Assembly: GCA_963815115.1 (NCBI GenBank)
Contig: CAWFFN010000005.1
Location: 672,001 to 736,000 of the forward strand
Reading direction: 5' to 3'
Source of the DNA: an uncultured delta proteobacterium
Lineage (GTDB): Bacteria; Desulfobacterota; Binatia; DP-6
DNA: 64,000 nucleotides
In this document: positions 1 through 9,722 of the stretch, piece after piece
How positions within the stretch are numbered: the stretch's first letter is position 1
Layout: each line of letters opens with the position of its first letter
Position numbers and translations under genes: made by a program
Notes under the pieces: generated by a model
Database searches by the model: none
Told to the model about the DNA's origin: nothing
What the model saw: the letters and a program-made list of their open reading frames with translations, nothing else

Positions 1-501
1 TCGAACGTCGATCACGCCGACGTCCTCCAGGTCCTGCTCGACACGCTGGCCGAGGTTGCCGCCGACGTCCCCGTCGTGCTGCCGCTGCATCCGCGCACCC
101 GCGCCCGCATCGCCGGCTTCGGACTCGGCGCGCGCATCGCGTCGCTGGACCGGCCCCCACGCGGCGTTCCGGCGCGGGGCCTCGTCGCGATCGAGCCGCT
201 CTCGTACCTCGCGATGCTGCAGGCGATGCGCGCCGCGTCCTTCGTCCTGACGGACTCCGGCGGCATCCAGGAGGAGACCACGGCGCTCGGCGTGCCCTGC
301 GTGACCCTGCGCGAGAACACCGAGCGCCCGGTGACGATCACCGAGGGAACGAACGTGCTGGCCGGGCTCGAGCCGGCCGCGATTCTCGCCGCGCTCGGCG
401 AGGCACGTGCCAAGGCTGCGAACGGCGCGCGCATCCCCGAGCTGTGGGACGGGCGCGCGGCCGAGCGCATCGTCGCCGTGCTGTCGGACATGGACGGCTG
501 A
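1..501 (+). CDS. wecB: UDP-N-acetylglucosamine 2-epimerase (non-hydrolysing), 5'-truncated by window edge
   Basis: Frame open from base 1 (SNVDH...PLHPRTR). Motifs LTDSGGIQEETTALGVPCVTLRENTERP and WDGRAAERI. Confidence 0.95.
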   Translation, partial: SNVDHADVLQVLLDTLAEVAADVPVVLPLHPRTRARIAGFGLGARIASLDRPPRGVPARGLVAIEPLSYLAMLQAMRAASFVLTDSGGIQEETTALGVPCVTLRENTERPVTITEGTNVLAGLEPAAILAALGEARAKAANGARIPELWDGRAAERIVAVLSDMDG

Positions 502-1475
502 TGCGGGCACGGCTGCGCTACCTGCGTCGCGTGGCGGCCGCGTACCTGGGAAGCGAACCGAGCCAGCTCACGTTCTGGCACGAGCCGCCCGAGACGAATC
601 CCAACGCCTTCACGGAGCCGCTCGGCGAGTACTACCAGTGCTTCTTCAGGAAGGCCGACTACTGCGCGCATACCGACCGCGACGGCGTCCCGATGCTCGA
701 CTACCGCGGTCACATCGGGCGGCAGTACAACCCGATCGCCATCGCCCAGTGGGGCCTCGGCAACTGGAACCTGTGGAAGCGGACCGGAGATCCGGACCGA
801 TGCACGCGCTGGACGCTCGCCGCCGAGTGGCTGGTGGAGACCCTGAGCCCGAACGAGCACGGCATTCCGGTGTGGAAGCATCACTTCGACTGGGAATACC
901 GCGACACCCTGCGCTCCGGTTGGTACTCGGCGCTGGCGCAAGGGCAGGGCCTGTCGCTGCTCTGCCGCGCGCACCGCGCCACGGGAGACGGCCGCTACCT
1001 CGACGCCGCGCACGCGGCCTTCGGCGCCATGACGGTTTCCACCGGAGAAGGTGGCGTGTTGATCCGCGAGGGTGCCGACGGCGCGTGGCTCGAGGAGGCG
1101 GTGGTGGACCCGCCGACGCACATCCTGAACGGCTTCCTGTGGGCGATGTGGGGCGTCCGCGACTACGCCGTCACCGGGCAGACGCGCGCCGCATGGGCGC
1201 TACTCGGCGCGAGCAAGCGGACGCTGCGGCGGAATCTCCCGGCGTTCGACTGCGGCTTCTGGTCGCTCTACGAGCAGTCGGGCACCCGCCTCCCGATGCT
1301 GGCGAGCCCGTTCTACCACGGGCTGCACGTGAACCAGCTCGCCATCACGGCCCGGCTGCTCGACGAGCCGGAGCTGGTGGGTTGGTCCGAGCGGTGGAGC
1401 GAGTACGCGCGCAGCGCCTGGTGCCGTTGGCGTGCCCTCGCACAGAAGGCGCTCTTCAAGGCGCTCTATTACTGA
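501..1475 (+). CDS. D-glucuronyl C5-epimerase family protein
   Basis: ATG overlaps the wecB TGA. Motifs YNPIAIAQWGL, WYSALAQGQGLSLL, HILNGF, SLYE, ASPFYHGLHVNQL match the C5-epimerase C-terminal domain. Confidence 0.88.
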   Translation: MRARLRYLRRVAAAYLGSEPSQLTFWHEPPETNPNAFTEPLGEYYQCFFRKADYCAHTDRDGVPMLDYRGHIGRQYNPIAIAQWGLGNWNLWKRTGDPDRCTRWTLAAEWLVETLSPNEHGIPVWKHHFDWEYRDTLRSGWYSALAQGQGLSLLCRAHRATGDGRYLDAAHAAFGAMTVSTGEGGVLIREGADGAWLEEAVVDPPTHILNGFLWAMWGVRDYAVTGQTRAAWALLGASKRTLRRNLPAFDCGFWSLYEQSGTRLPMLASPFYHGLHVNQLAITARLLDEPELVGWSERWSEYARSAWCRWRALAQKALFKALYY

Positions 1476-1477
1476 CC

Positions 1478-2725
1478 ATGCACATCTTGCTCATCCACCA
1501 GGTGTTCGCCGGTCCCGACGACCCCGGGGGCACGCGTCACTACGAGATCGGTTGCCGGCTCGTCGCGGACGGCCACCGGTTCACGGTGATCACCAGCGCC
1601 GTGAACTACCTGACTGGCGAAACGGCTGGCCGGCCGACGACGCCCCTGCCCGACGGCATGCGGATCATCCGCATCGCGGGGCGGGAGGACATTCACCGGA
1701 GCTACGCGGCGCGCGCCCGCGCCTTCTTCGGCTTCGCGGGCGGGGCGCTCCGCGCGGCGATGGCCCTCCCGGACGTCGACGTGGTGTGGGGAACCTCGCC
1801 GCCGCTGGTGCAGCTGGTGCCGGCGTGGCTCGCCTCGCGGCGCTGTCCCGGCGGCTTCGTTCTCGAGGAGCGGGACCTGTGGCCCGAGTTCGCCGTCGGC
1901 ATGGGAGTGGTGCGCGACGGGGCGCTCGCGCGCTCGGCGCTGCGCCTCAAACGGTTCCTCTACGGTCGCGCCCGCCGCGTGGTGATCAACTCGCCCGGCT
2001 TCCTGCCGTTCCTCCGGCGCTATGGAGTACCGGCGGAGAAGATCCGGGTCGTCCCGAACGGGGTGGACGTGGAGCAGTTCGATCCCGCGGTTCGGGGCGG
2101 GGCGCTCCGCGCCGCGTGGAACGCGGAGGGGCGGTTCGTCGTGCTCTATGCCGGCGCGCTCGGGCCGGCCAACGGCCTCGAGGTCGTCCTCGACGCCGCG
2201 GAGACCCTGCGCGACACGCCGGCGCTCTTCGTGCTCGTGGGCGACGGGAAGGCGCGTGGCGAGCTGATCGCCACCGCCGATGCTCGCGGCCTCGAGAACG
2301 TGCGGTTCATTCCCGCGCAGCCGAAGCGCGCCATGCGCGACGTGCTCGGCGCCTCGGACGCGTGTCTGGCGACGCTGCGCGACATCCCGCTCTTCCGCAC
2401 GACCTATCCGAACAAGGTGTTCGACTACATGGCGGCGGGCCGCCCGGTGCTGCTCGCGATCGACGGCGTGATCCGCGACGTGGTCGAGCGCGCGGGTGCC
2501 GGCCTCTTCGTGCTGCCGGGCGACGGCCCCACGCTGGCGGAGGCCGTTCGGCACCTCCTGCACGCGCCCGACGAGGGGCGGGCCATGGGTGCGCGCGGGC
2601 GTGCGGCGGTGTGCGCGGGGTTCGACCGCCGGCAGCACGCCGCGGACTTCGAGCGCCTGCTGGGCGAGCTGGTGCCGCCGGCGGCACCGCAAGAGGCGTG
2701 GCCGCGACGGACGGCGGAAGCATGA
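1478..2725 (+). CDS. Glycosyltransferase family 4 (WbuB-like)
   Basis: MHILLIHQVF start; TSPPL, EERDLWPE, VVPNGVD, PNKVFDYMAAGRPVL. Confidence 0.92.
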   Translation: MHILLIHQVFAGPDDPGGTRHYEIGCRLVADGHRFTVITSAVNYLTGETAGRPTTPLPDGMRIIRIAGREDIHRSYAARARAFFGFAGGALRAAMALPDVDVVWGTSPPLVQLVPAWLASRRCPGGFVLEERDLWPEFAVGMGVVRDGALARSALRLKRFLYGRARRVVINSPGFLPFLRRYGVPAEKIRVVPNGVDVEQFDPAVRGGALRAAWNAEGRFVVLYAGALGPANGLEVVLDAAETLRDTPALFVLVGDGKARGELIATADARGLENVRFIPAQPKRAMRDVLGASDACLATLRDIPLFRTTYPNKVFDYMAAGRPVLLAIDGVIRDVVERAGAGLFVLPGDGPTLAEAVRHLLHAPDEGRAMGARGRAAVCAGFDRRQHAADFERLLGELVPPAAPQEAWPRRTAEA

Positions 2726-3348
2726 AGCGCGACGCGCAGCGCGTGCTCGACCTGGCGCTGGCGGTTGCCGTGCTGCCGGCTGCCCTGCCGGTCGTGCTGG
2801 TGATGGCGGTGCTCGTGCGCTTCACCATGGGACCGCCGGTGCTCTTCCGGCACACGCGGACGGGCCTGCACGGGCGCCTGTTCACGCTCTACAAGTTTCG
2901 CACCATGCGCCGCTGCGCCGGCGACGACGAGACGCGGTTGACCGCCGTCGGGCGTGCGCTGCGCAGCCTGTCGCTCGACGAGCTGCCGCAGCTCTGGAAC
3001 GTGCTGCGCGGTGACATGTCGCTGGTGGGCCCGCGGCCCCTGCTGCCGCAGTACCTCGGGCGCTACACGCCCGAGCAGGCACGCCGGCACGAGGTCCGGC
3101 CGGGAATCACCGGGTTGGCGCAGGTCAGCGGACGGAACGCGCTCGGCTGGAGCGAGAAGTTCGCGCTCGACGTGTGGTACGTGGATCATCGCAGCGTCGC
3201 CCTCGATCTGCGCATCCTCGTGCGGACCGTCACCGCGGTGGTGCGCCGTGCCGGCGTGAGCGCGCCCGGTGCGGCGACGATGCCGGAGTTCATGGGAGAG
3301 CCCGCGCCCCCAGCCCGGCCCGAGGAGCGTCGATGCGCTACCTCGTGA
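2722..3348 (+). CDS. Bacterial sugar transferase, initiating phosphoglycosyltransferase (PglC-like)
   Basis: ATGA overlap; KFRTM, SLDELPQLWNVLRGDMSLVGPRP, RPGITGLAQV, DVWYV. Confidence 0.93.
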   Translation: MKRDAQRVLDLALAVAVLPAALPVVLVMAVLVRFTMGPPVLFRHTRTGLHGRLFTLYKFRTMRRCAGDDETRLTAVGRALRSLSLDELPQLWNVLRGDMSLVGPRPLLPQYLGRYTPEQARRHEVRPGITGLAQVSGRNALGWSEKFALDVWYVDHRSVALDLRILVRTVTAVVRRAGVSAPGAATMPEFMGEPAPPARPEERRCATS

Positions 3349-4016
3349 TCGGCGCCGCCGGCCACGCGCAGGAGGTGGCCTGGTCGCTGTCCGAGCAGCT
3401 GCGCTCGGCGGGCCAGCAATTCGAGCTGCGCTTCTTCGACGACCGCATCCCGCGCGGCCCCCTCGCGTCGGGACTCGGGGAGGTCGTCGGGACCGTCGAC
3501 GCGGTAGCCCACCACATCAGAGGCGACGAGGCGTGGCTGGTGTTGGGTATCGGCCTGCCACGCACGAAGGTGACCCTCGTGGAGCGACTCACACGGCTGG
3601 GACTGCCGTGGTCAACGGTCGTGCACCCGCGAGCCGTGATCGGTCCGCGGGTAACGCTCGGGGAGGGCACGTACGTCGCGGCGGGCGCGATCGTGACGGT
3701 GAACGTGCTGGTTGGCCGCTTCGTCACGATCAACATGCATTGCCAGGTTGCGCACGACGACGTGATCGCCGACTTCGCGACGCTGCATCCTGACACGCAT
3801 CTCTCGGGAAACGTGACGGTCGGAACCGGGTGTGAGCTGGGAACCGGGAGCATTGTCACCCCCGGGAACAGCATCGGGGACTGGGGGGTGCTCGGGGCTG
3901 GCTGTGTCGCGGTGCATTCAGTCCCTGGCGGCGAGACCTACGTGGGCCTGCCCGCCAAGCGCCAGGTGAAGCAGACCGGGACGCCACGGCGGGCGATCGT
4001 CGCGCGAGCACGATGA
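3333..4016 (+). CDS. NeuD/PglD-family sugar acetyltransferase
   Basis: VIGAAGHA N-terminal motif, VVHPRAVI, hexapeptide repeats, HDD motif, YVGLPAK. Confidence 0.9.
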   Translation: MRYLVIGAAGHAQEVAWSLSEQLRSAGQQFELRFFDDRIPRGPLASGLGEVVGTVDAVAHHIRGDEAWLVLGIGLPRTKVTLVERLTRLGLPWSTVVHPRAVIGPRVTLGEGTYVAAGAIVTVNVLVGRFVTINMHCQVAHDDVIADFATLHPDTHLSGNVTVGTGCELGTGSIVTPGNSIGDWGVLGAGCVAVHSVPGGETYVGLPAKRQVKQTGTPRRAIVARAR

Positions 4017-5467
4017 GCAGCACCTGGCTAGTCATCGGGCCGGCGTTCGTCATCCTCGGCATGGCCGGCCAGTACTATGAATTCTCGACGGTCCTGCTGG
4101 CGGTGTGCGTCACGATCATGGGCATCGCGATCGACTTCAGGTCGCGCCGGCCCCGTGTCCTCCGGCTCCTCGACATCTGGTGCTTCGCCTTTGCCTACCT
4201 ATTCGGCAGCGACGCGCTGGTGACGCTCTCGGACGTGCGCGACGACTTCGGGATCCGGCTAGCGAGCTCGGCGGAAGGGGTGATCGTGGCCGCGTTCGGG
4301 GCAACTCTGGTGGGATACGCCCTGGCCCAGGCGATCGCATCGCACCCTCGAAGACACCGTCATCCGATCGTACGCCGCCTTTCGGCGGAAATACTCCTCC
4401 TTCTCGTCCTCTCGGCGTTGATCCTCGTGTACGTGATGGTCGTCGCGTCGCCGGCCGAGCTGCTCGCCCGACGAAGCATGAGAGAGAACCGAGCGCTTGG
4501 CGAGGCATCGGTGGCCGTCGTCGCCGCCATGATCGTGCAGTCCGCGCTCACCGCGCGCCTGATGGTGCTGATCCGACGGCGCGCGATACTTGCCTTCCCC
4601 GTGGCAGTGGCCGCGCTCTCGGTTGTCGTCCTCTATCTCATCGGAACCCGGTACTTCCTGGGCTTTCTCGCCTTCAGCGTGCTCTTCTACGCAACTCGGA
4701 TGATGGAACCCCTTTCGAGGCGGCAGCTCTCGTTCTTCGCCGTTGCTGTCGTTGCGCTGGCTCTCGTTCAGGGCACGATGCGGTTCGTGCGCGGCACCGG
4801 CCTGGGCGCCGCCGATCGTAGCTCGGTGGTCTCGGCGGCGGGTCGTCCCGAAACCTATCTCAGTTCGGAAGGAATGCTGCGTGTGCACGCTTGGGTACAC
4901 TTGAAGCGCATCTTCGACGAGGAAGGCCGCTCACCCGAGCACGCGTTCATGCTCTACTGGTGGATACCGCGTACGCTGTGGCCCTCCAAGCCCACCATGG
5001 ACGGATACTGGCTCGCGCACGAGGTCATGGCGGACGGGGACGTCGGAGCGGGACACAGCGTCGCCGGAGGCTTCGTACTGCCGGCGCTCCTGGACTTCGG
5101 ACCTCTCGGCGGCGTGAGCTTTTGCCTGCTCTACGGGATCGTTCTCTGGAGACTCGATCGCTTCCTTGCGGCGCACCGGAATCCCCGCGATCCGGCGTCC
5201 GTGTTCGCAGCGCTGCTCCCATTCGCCGTGTTCTTCGGCATGCGATCGCCACAGACGAGCGCGATCTTCCTCGAGTCGTGCGTGGCGGTGTACTTGCCGA
5301 TCTTCCTCGTGCTGAAGATCTCCGCCCCGGCTCGCCGCCGTCGCCTCGCGGTGTCGGCTGCACGCAACATTTCCGTGGCGTCGACCGCCGCCCGGACCGG
5401 TTCCGTCCCGGTGGCGGCGCGGTGGGCGACGGCGAGGTCGCGACGATGGGTCAGGGGCGCGGTGTGA
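4013..5467 (+). CDS. wzy: Putative O-antigen/polysaccharide polymerase (Wzy-like)
   Basis: Multi-pass membrane protein with GTR motif, WIPRTLWPSKP loop and DFG motif, inside a polysaccharide operon. Confidence 0.72.
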   Translation: MSSTWLVIGPAFVILGMAGQYYEFSTVLLAVCVTIMGIAIDFRSRRPRVLRLLDIWCFAFAYLFGSDALVTLSDVRDDFGIRLASSAEGVIVAAFGATLVGYALAQAIASHPRRHRHPIVRRLSAEILLLLVLSALILVYVMVVASPAELLARRSMRENRALGEASVAVVAAMIVQSALTARLMVLIRRRAILAFPVAVAALSVVVLYLIGTRYFLGFLAFSVLFYATRMMEPLSRRQLSFFAVAVVALALVQGTMRFVRGTGLGAADRSSVVSAAGRPETYLSSEGMLRVHAWVHLKRIFDEEGRSPEHAFMLYWWIPRTLWPSKPTMDGYWLAHEVMADGDVGAGHSVAGGFVLPALLDFGPLGGVSFCLLYGIVLWRLDRFLAAHRNPRDPASVFAALLPFAVFFGMRSPQTSAIFLESCVAVYLPIFLVLKISAPARRRRLAVSAARNISVASTAARTGSVPVAARWATARSRRWVRGAV

Positions 5468-6552
5468 TGCGCGTGGCAGTAGAGGCCACGAGCGCGGCGC
5501 CCGGAGGAGGCCTCAGCTTCCTGCGAGGCGCGCTGCGAGCCCTGGCCGAGCGTGGCGACGTCGAGATCGACCTCTTCGTGCAGCCAGCGCTGGCTCGGGA
5601 GAGCTTCGGTCCGGGCGTCAGCGTGCACGTGACCGGCCCGTTCCGCGGCTTGGTGCATCGACTCGGCTGGGTCCAGTCCGCGTTCCCGCGCCGCGTGGCA
5701 GCGCACGACGTGGTCTTCGCGCCCGGGAACCTGGCTCCGTTACCGGCGGCAAGACGAACCGTCCTGTTCGTGCAGAACGCGCACGTCGTGCCGCAGACGC
5801 TCTGGCGCGCCGAGTACCGGAGGCCCAAGCGCAGACTCCAGCGCCTGATGGCACGGCTCAGCATCCGCCGGGCGGCGCAGGTGCTATTCGTGTCCGAGAC
5901 GCTGAAGACGTGGGCGCAGCCGTGGTGGCAGGACAGAGGCAGCGAGCCGGGTGTCGCCTACCCGGGGCTGACGCTCGCACCGGAGCGGGTCGAGGAACGC
6001 CGGGCGGGTCGCGACGTGCTGCTCGTCGGCAACCTCGTGCCGCACAAGCGGGTGGATCGCGCGATCCGCGCGTTTGCCCTGCTGACGAGGCGTGACGGTC
6101 GAGCCGGCCGGCTCCGGATTGCCGGCCTCGAGGCATGGCCCGGGCTACTGGGGCGCCTGAGAGCGCTCGTTGCCCGCGAGGGAATCGAGGAGCGCGTCGA
6201 CTTCCTCGGCTTCGTCGATGTCCGGACGCTGGCGCACGCCTACGCCACGAGCGGATGCTACCTGACGACGTCAGCACTCGAATCGCTCGGGTTCCCGGCG
6301 CTGGAGGCGATGGCGGCAGGGACACCGGTGGTGGTCCCGGATACGGCTGTGTTCCACGAGATATGCGGGCCCGCCGGCATGTACTTCTCCGACCACGATG
6401 ATGCCGTCGTGGCACGGCTCGCTGCTTCCCTGGACCGTCCCCCGGGTGAGCATGGGCTGCGGCGTGCCGCGCGCGAGCAGCTGACGAAGTTCTCCTGGCC
6501 GGTGTTCGCCGACCGGCTGCGAGCTGCGCTCGGGGCCGTGACGACGACATGA
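5467..6552 (+). CDS. Glycosyltransferase family 4
   Basis: PHKRVD, ESLGFPALEAMAAGTPVV, FSW C-terminal motif. Confidence 0.9.
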   Translation: MRVAVEATSAAPGGGLSFLRGALRALAERGDVEIDLFVQPALARESFGPGVSVHVTGPFRGLVHRLGWVQSAFPRRVAAHDVVFAPGNLAPLPAARRTVLFVQNAHVVPQTLWRAEYRRPKRRLQRLMARLSIRRAAQVLFVSETLKTWAQPWWQDRGSEPGVAYPGLTLAPERVEERRAGRDVLLVGNLVPHKRVDRAIRAFALLTRRDGRAGRLRIAGLEAWPGLLGRLRALVAREGIEERVDFLGFVDVRTLAHAYATSGCYLTTSALESLGFPALEAMAAGTPVVVPDTAVFHEICGPAGMYFSDHDDAVVARLAASLDRPPGEHGLRRAAREQLTKFSWPVFADRLRAALGAVTTT

Positions 6553-8267
6553 CGGTCAGACTTCTTCAGCTGGGGCTCGTGCTGGTCGTCACGTTTGCGC
6601 GCACCGGGGTGGTGCGGCCGGCCGCGGCTCCCACCGCGCCTGCCTTTGCGGTGCAGTTCGACGGGATGTCCTTGCATCGATATCGGCACGGTCCGGCCGT
6701 CTCGGATGATCTGCTGGATGCGACGGTCGCTCTCACGGGCGAAGACGAATGGGAGCTGACGCTCACCCCGAAGCACGATCCCATCACGGCCGTGTGGTTC
6801 CCGTGGGAGGCCGACAGGGCTCTCGTCCCACGCGCCGATTCGGCTGTCGTCTACTACCCCAGGCTGCTCGGAGTCGCCGTACGCTCGGCGCTCCTCGCCG
6901 AATGGGGATGGCAGGGCGGCCCGTATCCCGGCGAGTGCTTCGCGCCGCTGGTGGTGGTCGCCGACGACTCTGAATCCCGAATGGTGGCTGCCACGAACTG
7001 GCCGCCGCGCCGCGTGACCCCGATGTACTCGCTGGGCCGGATCGGCTTGCGCTACGACGAGCGTGTCACGGCCGGGGTCCGGCGATCATACCGCGCCCTG
7101 GTGGTCCGGACATCTCGTGGTGCGGGCGAATCGCCATGGCAGCGAGCGCTCGACCGATACAAGTCGTGGGTGAAGGCGCGGGTCCTGGCCGCGGGGTTGG
7201 AGCCGTCACCGCCGCCGTGGCTTCAGGTTGCGCACGGGTGGCTCAACGTGCAGCTCGAGAACCTGCCCACGTGGGATCCGGGCGCCGTCAAGGCATCCTG
7301 GGAGCGATGGCGGCAGTGGCTCCCCTGGGTGCAGTTCTGGGGGCAGATGAGCGGTCACTTTGAGCATGGCCGCTCCGACCCCTCCCAGGCTGGCTGCTGC
7401 CTCCAGACGTCGCAAATGCATTCGCGGTACGAGCCCGACTTGCTACGCATCGCGCGCGGCATCGCGCGCGAAGGTCACGTCGGCTTCTACGCACGCCCGC
7501 GTGCGCCCTACGCCCCGCTCGTCGCCCCTGGCGACTCCCGAGAGACGCCTGAGTTTGCGTTCGTACGCGACTGGCTCCAGCGCAACCGCAGCGAATACGG
7601 TGCCAATGCCTTCTATGTCGACGTGCTCGGCGGGCGCGACTTCGGCGAGCCCCTGCGCGTCGCGAAACTGATCAAGGGCGAGATGGATCCCGCGACGGTG
7701 ATCGAGCGCGCCGTGGATATCTACCCGTCGGCGTCGCTCGTCAGCGGCGCACTTGGGGGAGGGACCTGGCAGGGTGGGCCCGGCCGCACGCCGGGTCGGC
7801 TCGGCCAGGCGCTGTCACGGACGACGTTCCCGGCCTTTGGCCGCTACCTCCTCGACGATCGCATCATGTTTCTTGGCGAGAGTAACGGGGACTACCGCTG
7901 GTGGGGCCCCCAGGGGGGCTACTGGACCGAGAGGCAGGCGTTTCTGCTCGGCGCGAAGTTCGACGTCGTCCATCCGACGGAGAACGGGAGACCCGACGGT
8001 CCGGCGAACGAGGCGCTGGTCGCTGCGATCGAGGCCCGTGATCAGGTCGGCTGGTGGCGTCGCGATCCGGTCTACCTCGACCAACGCGGGATCGGAGCGA
8101 TCCCGGCCGACGTGGACGTCCGGCGCTTCCGCGGGCGCGACGGCGAGACGCTGCTCGTCGTCGACAACTGGAGCGGCCGGCGCGACGTCACCCTGATGCT
8201 GGACGGGCGCTCGGTAGCGCTGCCGAACGAACGCTTGTCCATCGTCGTCATTCCGAGAGCGACATGA
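6549..8267 (+). CDS. Hypothetical secreted protein, Trp-rich, possibly glycan-acting
   Basis: Signal-peptide-like N-terminus; ATGA overlaps with both neighbours; no confidently recognised family. Confidence 0.7.
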   Translation: MTVRLLQLGLVLVVTFARTGVVRPAAAPTAPAFAVQFDGMSLHRYRHGPAVSDDLLDATVALTGEDEWELTLTPKHDPITAVWFPWEADRALVPRADSAVVYYPRLLGVAVRSALLAEWGWQGGPYPGECFAPLVVVADDSESRMVAATNWPPRRVTPMYSLGRIGLRYDERVTAGVRRSYRALVVRTSRGAGESPWQRALDRYKSWVKARVLAAGLEPSPPPWLQVAHGWLNVQLENLPTWDPGAVKASWERWRQWLPWVQFWGQMSGHFEHGRSDPSQAGCCLQTSQMHSRYEPDLLRIARGIAREGHVGFYARPRAPYAPLVAPGDSRETPEFAFVRDWLQRNRSEYGANAFYVDVLGGRDFGEPLRVAKLIKGEMDPATVIERAVDIYPSASLVSGALGGGTWQGGPGRTPGRLGQALSRTTFPAFGRYLLDDRIMFLGESNGDYRWWGPQGGYWTERQAFLLGAKFDVVHPTENGRPDGPANEALVAAIEARDQVGWWRRDPVYLDQRGIGAIPADVDVRRFRGRDGETLLVVDNWSGRRDVTLMLDGRSVALPNERLSIVVIPRAT

Positions 8268-9511
8268 TCGCGCCGGCAGTAGACATCCGATTCGGAAATA
8301 CGGCGCCCAGCGACCATCGAACCGCGGCTTCGCTCGAGTGTCGGGTCGTCGTATTCCAGCCGGCCCTGGCACGATATCGGCGTCCGGTGTTTCGTCGCCT
8401 CGGCCAGCGGGTCGGCTCGTTGACGCTCGTGCACGGGGAGCGACCATTGCCCGGTGAGGTGCCGGCGTCGGACGAAGGACTGGAGGGGGTGCACACCGTC
8501 GCGGTGGCACACACGAGGCGGGGGCCTGCCTTCTGGATGCCCGCGATGTGGCGAGTCGCGGGCGAGGACCGCCACGATGTCGCGGTGTTCAGCTGGAACA
8601 CCCGGTACCCGCATCTTCCCCTCGCGATGCTGCGGGCGAGGCGCTCGGGGATGGGTGTCGCTCTCTGGGGCCATGGCTATTCGATCAGGAACACCCGGAT
8701 TCGACGCAGCTACCGCAATCTGCTCACGCGTTTCGCCGATGCCATCATCACGTACAATCGCCGCGCGGCGAGCGACCTGATGCTCGCGGGCATTCCCCGG
8801 AACAGGATATTCGTGGCACCCAACGCTCTCGATGGCGAGGCGATCGACGCAGCCGCCGCGGCCTGGACGGATACGGCCGAGCGGATGCGCCAGTTTCAGG
8901 AGCGGCTCGGCGTGCTCGACCGGCCGGTGGCGCTCTTCGTGTCGCGGCTTGGTAGCTTGGCAAATCTTCGCGTGCTCATCGATACCTGGCGCATGGTCGT
9001 CACCGCTGCGCCGCAAGCGCGGCTCGTGATCGTCGGCGATGGTCCGGCCAGGAAGGGCCTGGAGCACTGCATCGACGAGCATGGACTCGAGGCGTCGGTG
9101 GCGTGCGTGGGGCCGGTCTTCGGAGAGGAGGCCATCGCCCCGTACTTTCTGACGGCACGCCTGCTGCTGCATCCGGTCAGGATCGGCCTGGCTCTCAATC
9201 ACGCCATGGGCTACGGCGTTCCCGTCGTCACCTTCGACGACGCGTCCTTGCACGGGCCGGAGTTCGAGGCGTTGCGGCATGGCGCAAATGGGCTCTCGGC
9301 CCGACACGGAGACGTCGAAGCGCTGGCCGGCCACGCGACCCACCTGCTGCTGCACGGCCAGCTTGCAGCCTCCTTCGGCCGCGAGGCCAAAGAGAACATG
9401 CGCAGCGGATACGGGCTCGACGGGATGGTGGACGGGTTCGTCGAGGCCGTGCGTTGCGCCCACGCTGCGGGCGCGCGCCGGCAGCAGGCACGAGGGTGGT
9501 CGAACGCGTGA
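8264..9511 (+). CDS. Glycosyltransferase family 4
   Basis: YRRPVF, WGHG, APNALD, LFVSRL, IVGDGP, GLALNHAMGYGVPVVT, HGPEFE. Confidence 0.88.
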   Translation: MIAPAVDIRFGNTAPSDHRTAASLECRVVVFQPALARYRRPVFRRLGQRVGSLTLVHGERPLPGEVPASDEGLEGVHTVAVAHTRRGPAFWMPAMWRVAGEDRHDVAVFSWNTRYPHLPLAMLRARRSGMGVALWGHGYSIRNTRIRRSYRNLLTRFADAIITYNRRAASDLMLAGIPRNRIFVAPNALDGEAIDAAAAAWTDTAERMRQFQERLGVLDRPVALFVSRLGSLANLRVLIDTWRMVVTAAPQARLVIVGDGPARKGLEHCIDEHGLEASVACVGPVFGEEAIAPYFLTARLLLHPVRIGLALNHAMGYGVPVVTFDDASLHGPEFEALRHGANGLSARHGDVEALAGHATHLLLHGQLAASFGREAKENMRSGYGLDGMVDGFVEAVRCAHAAGARRQQARGWSNA

Positions 9512-9722
9512 GGCGTCAATCCCGACCTCTACCTCTCATGCTCGCCGCCCGCCCAAGCGCGATATGGCCTTCGGGCGGGAGTCCCGTCTTCTCAGGGCTC
9601 CCGCCGCGATTGGTTCTGGTCGGCAAACGCCCCGGTCCCACCCCGCAGATCGACGAATCGGCACCCGTCAGCCTGCGTCGAGACGAGCCGCACGCGCGGC
9701 TCCGTTCCCGGAAGGAACCGCG

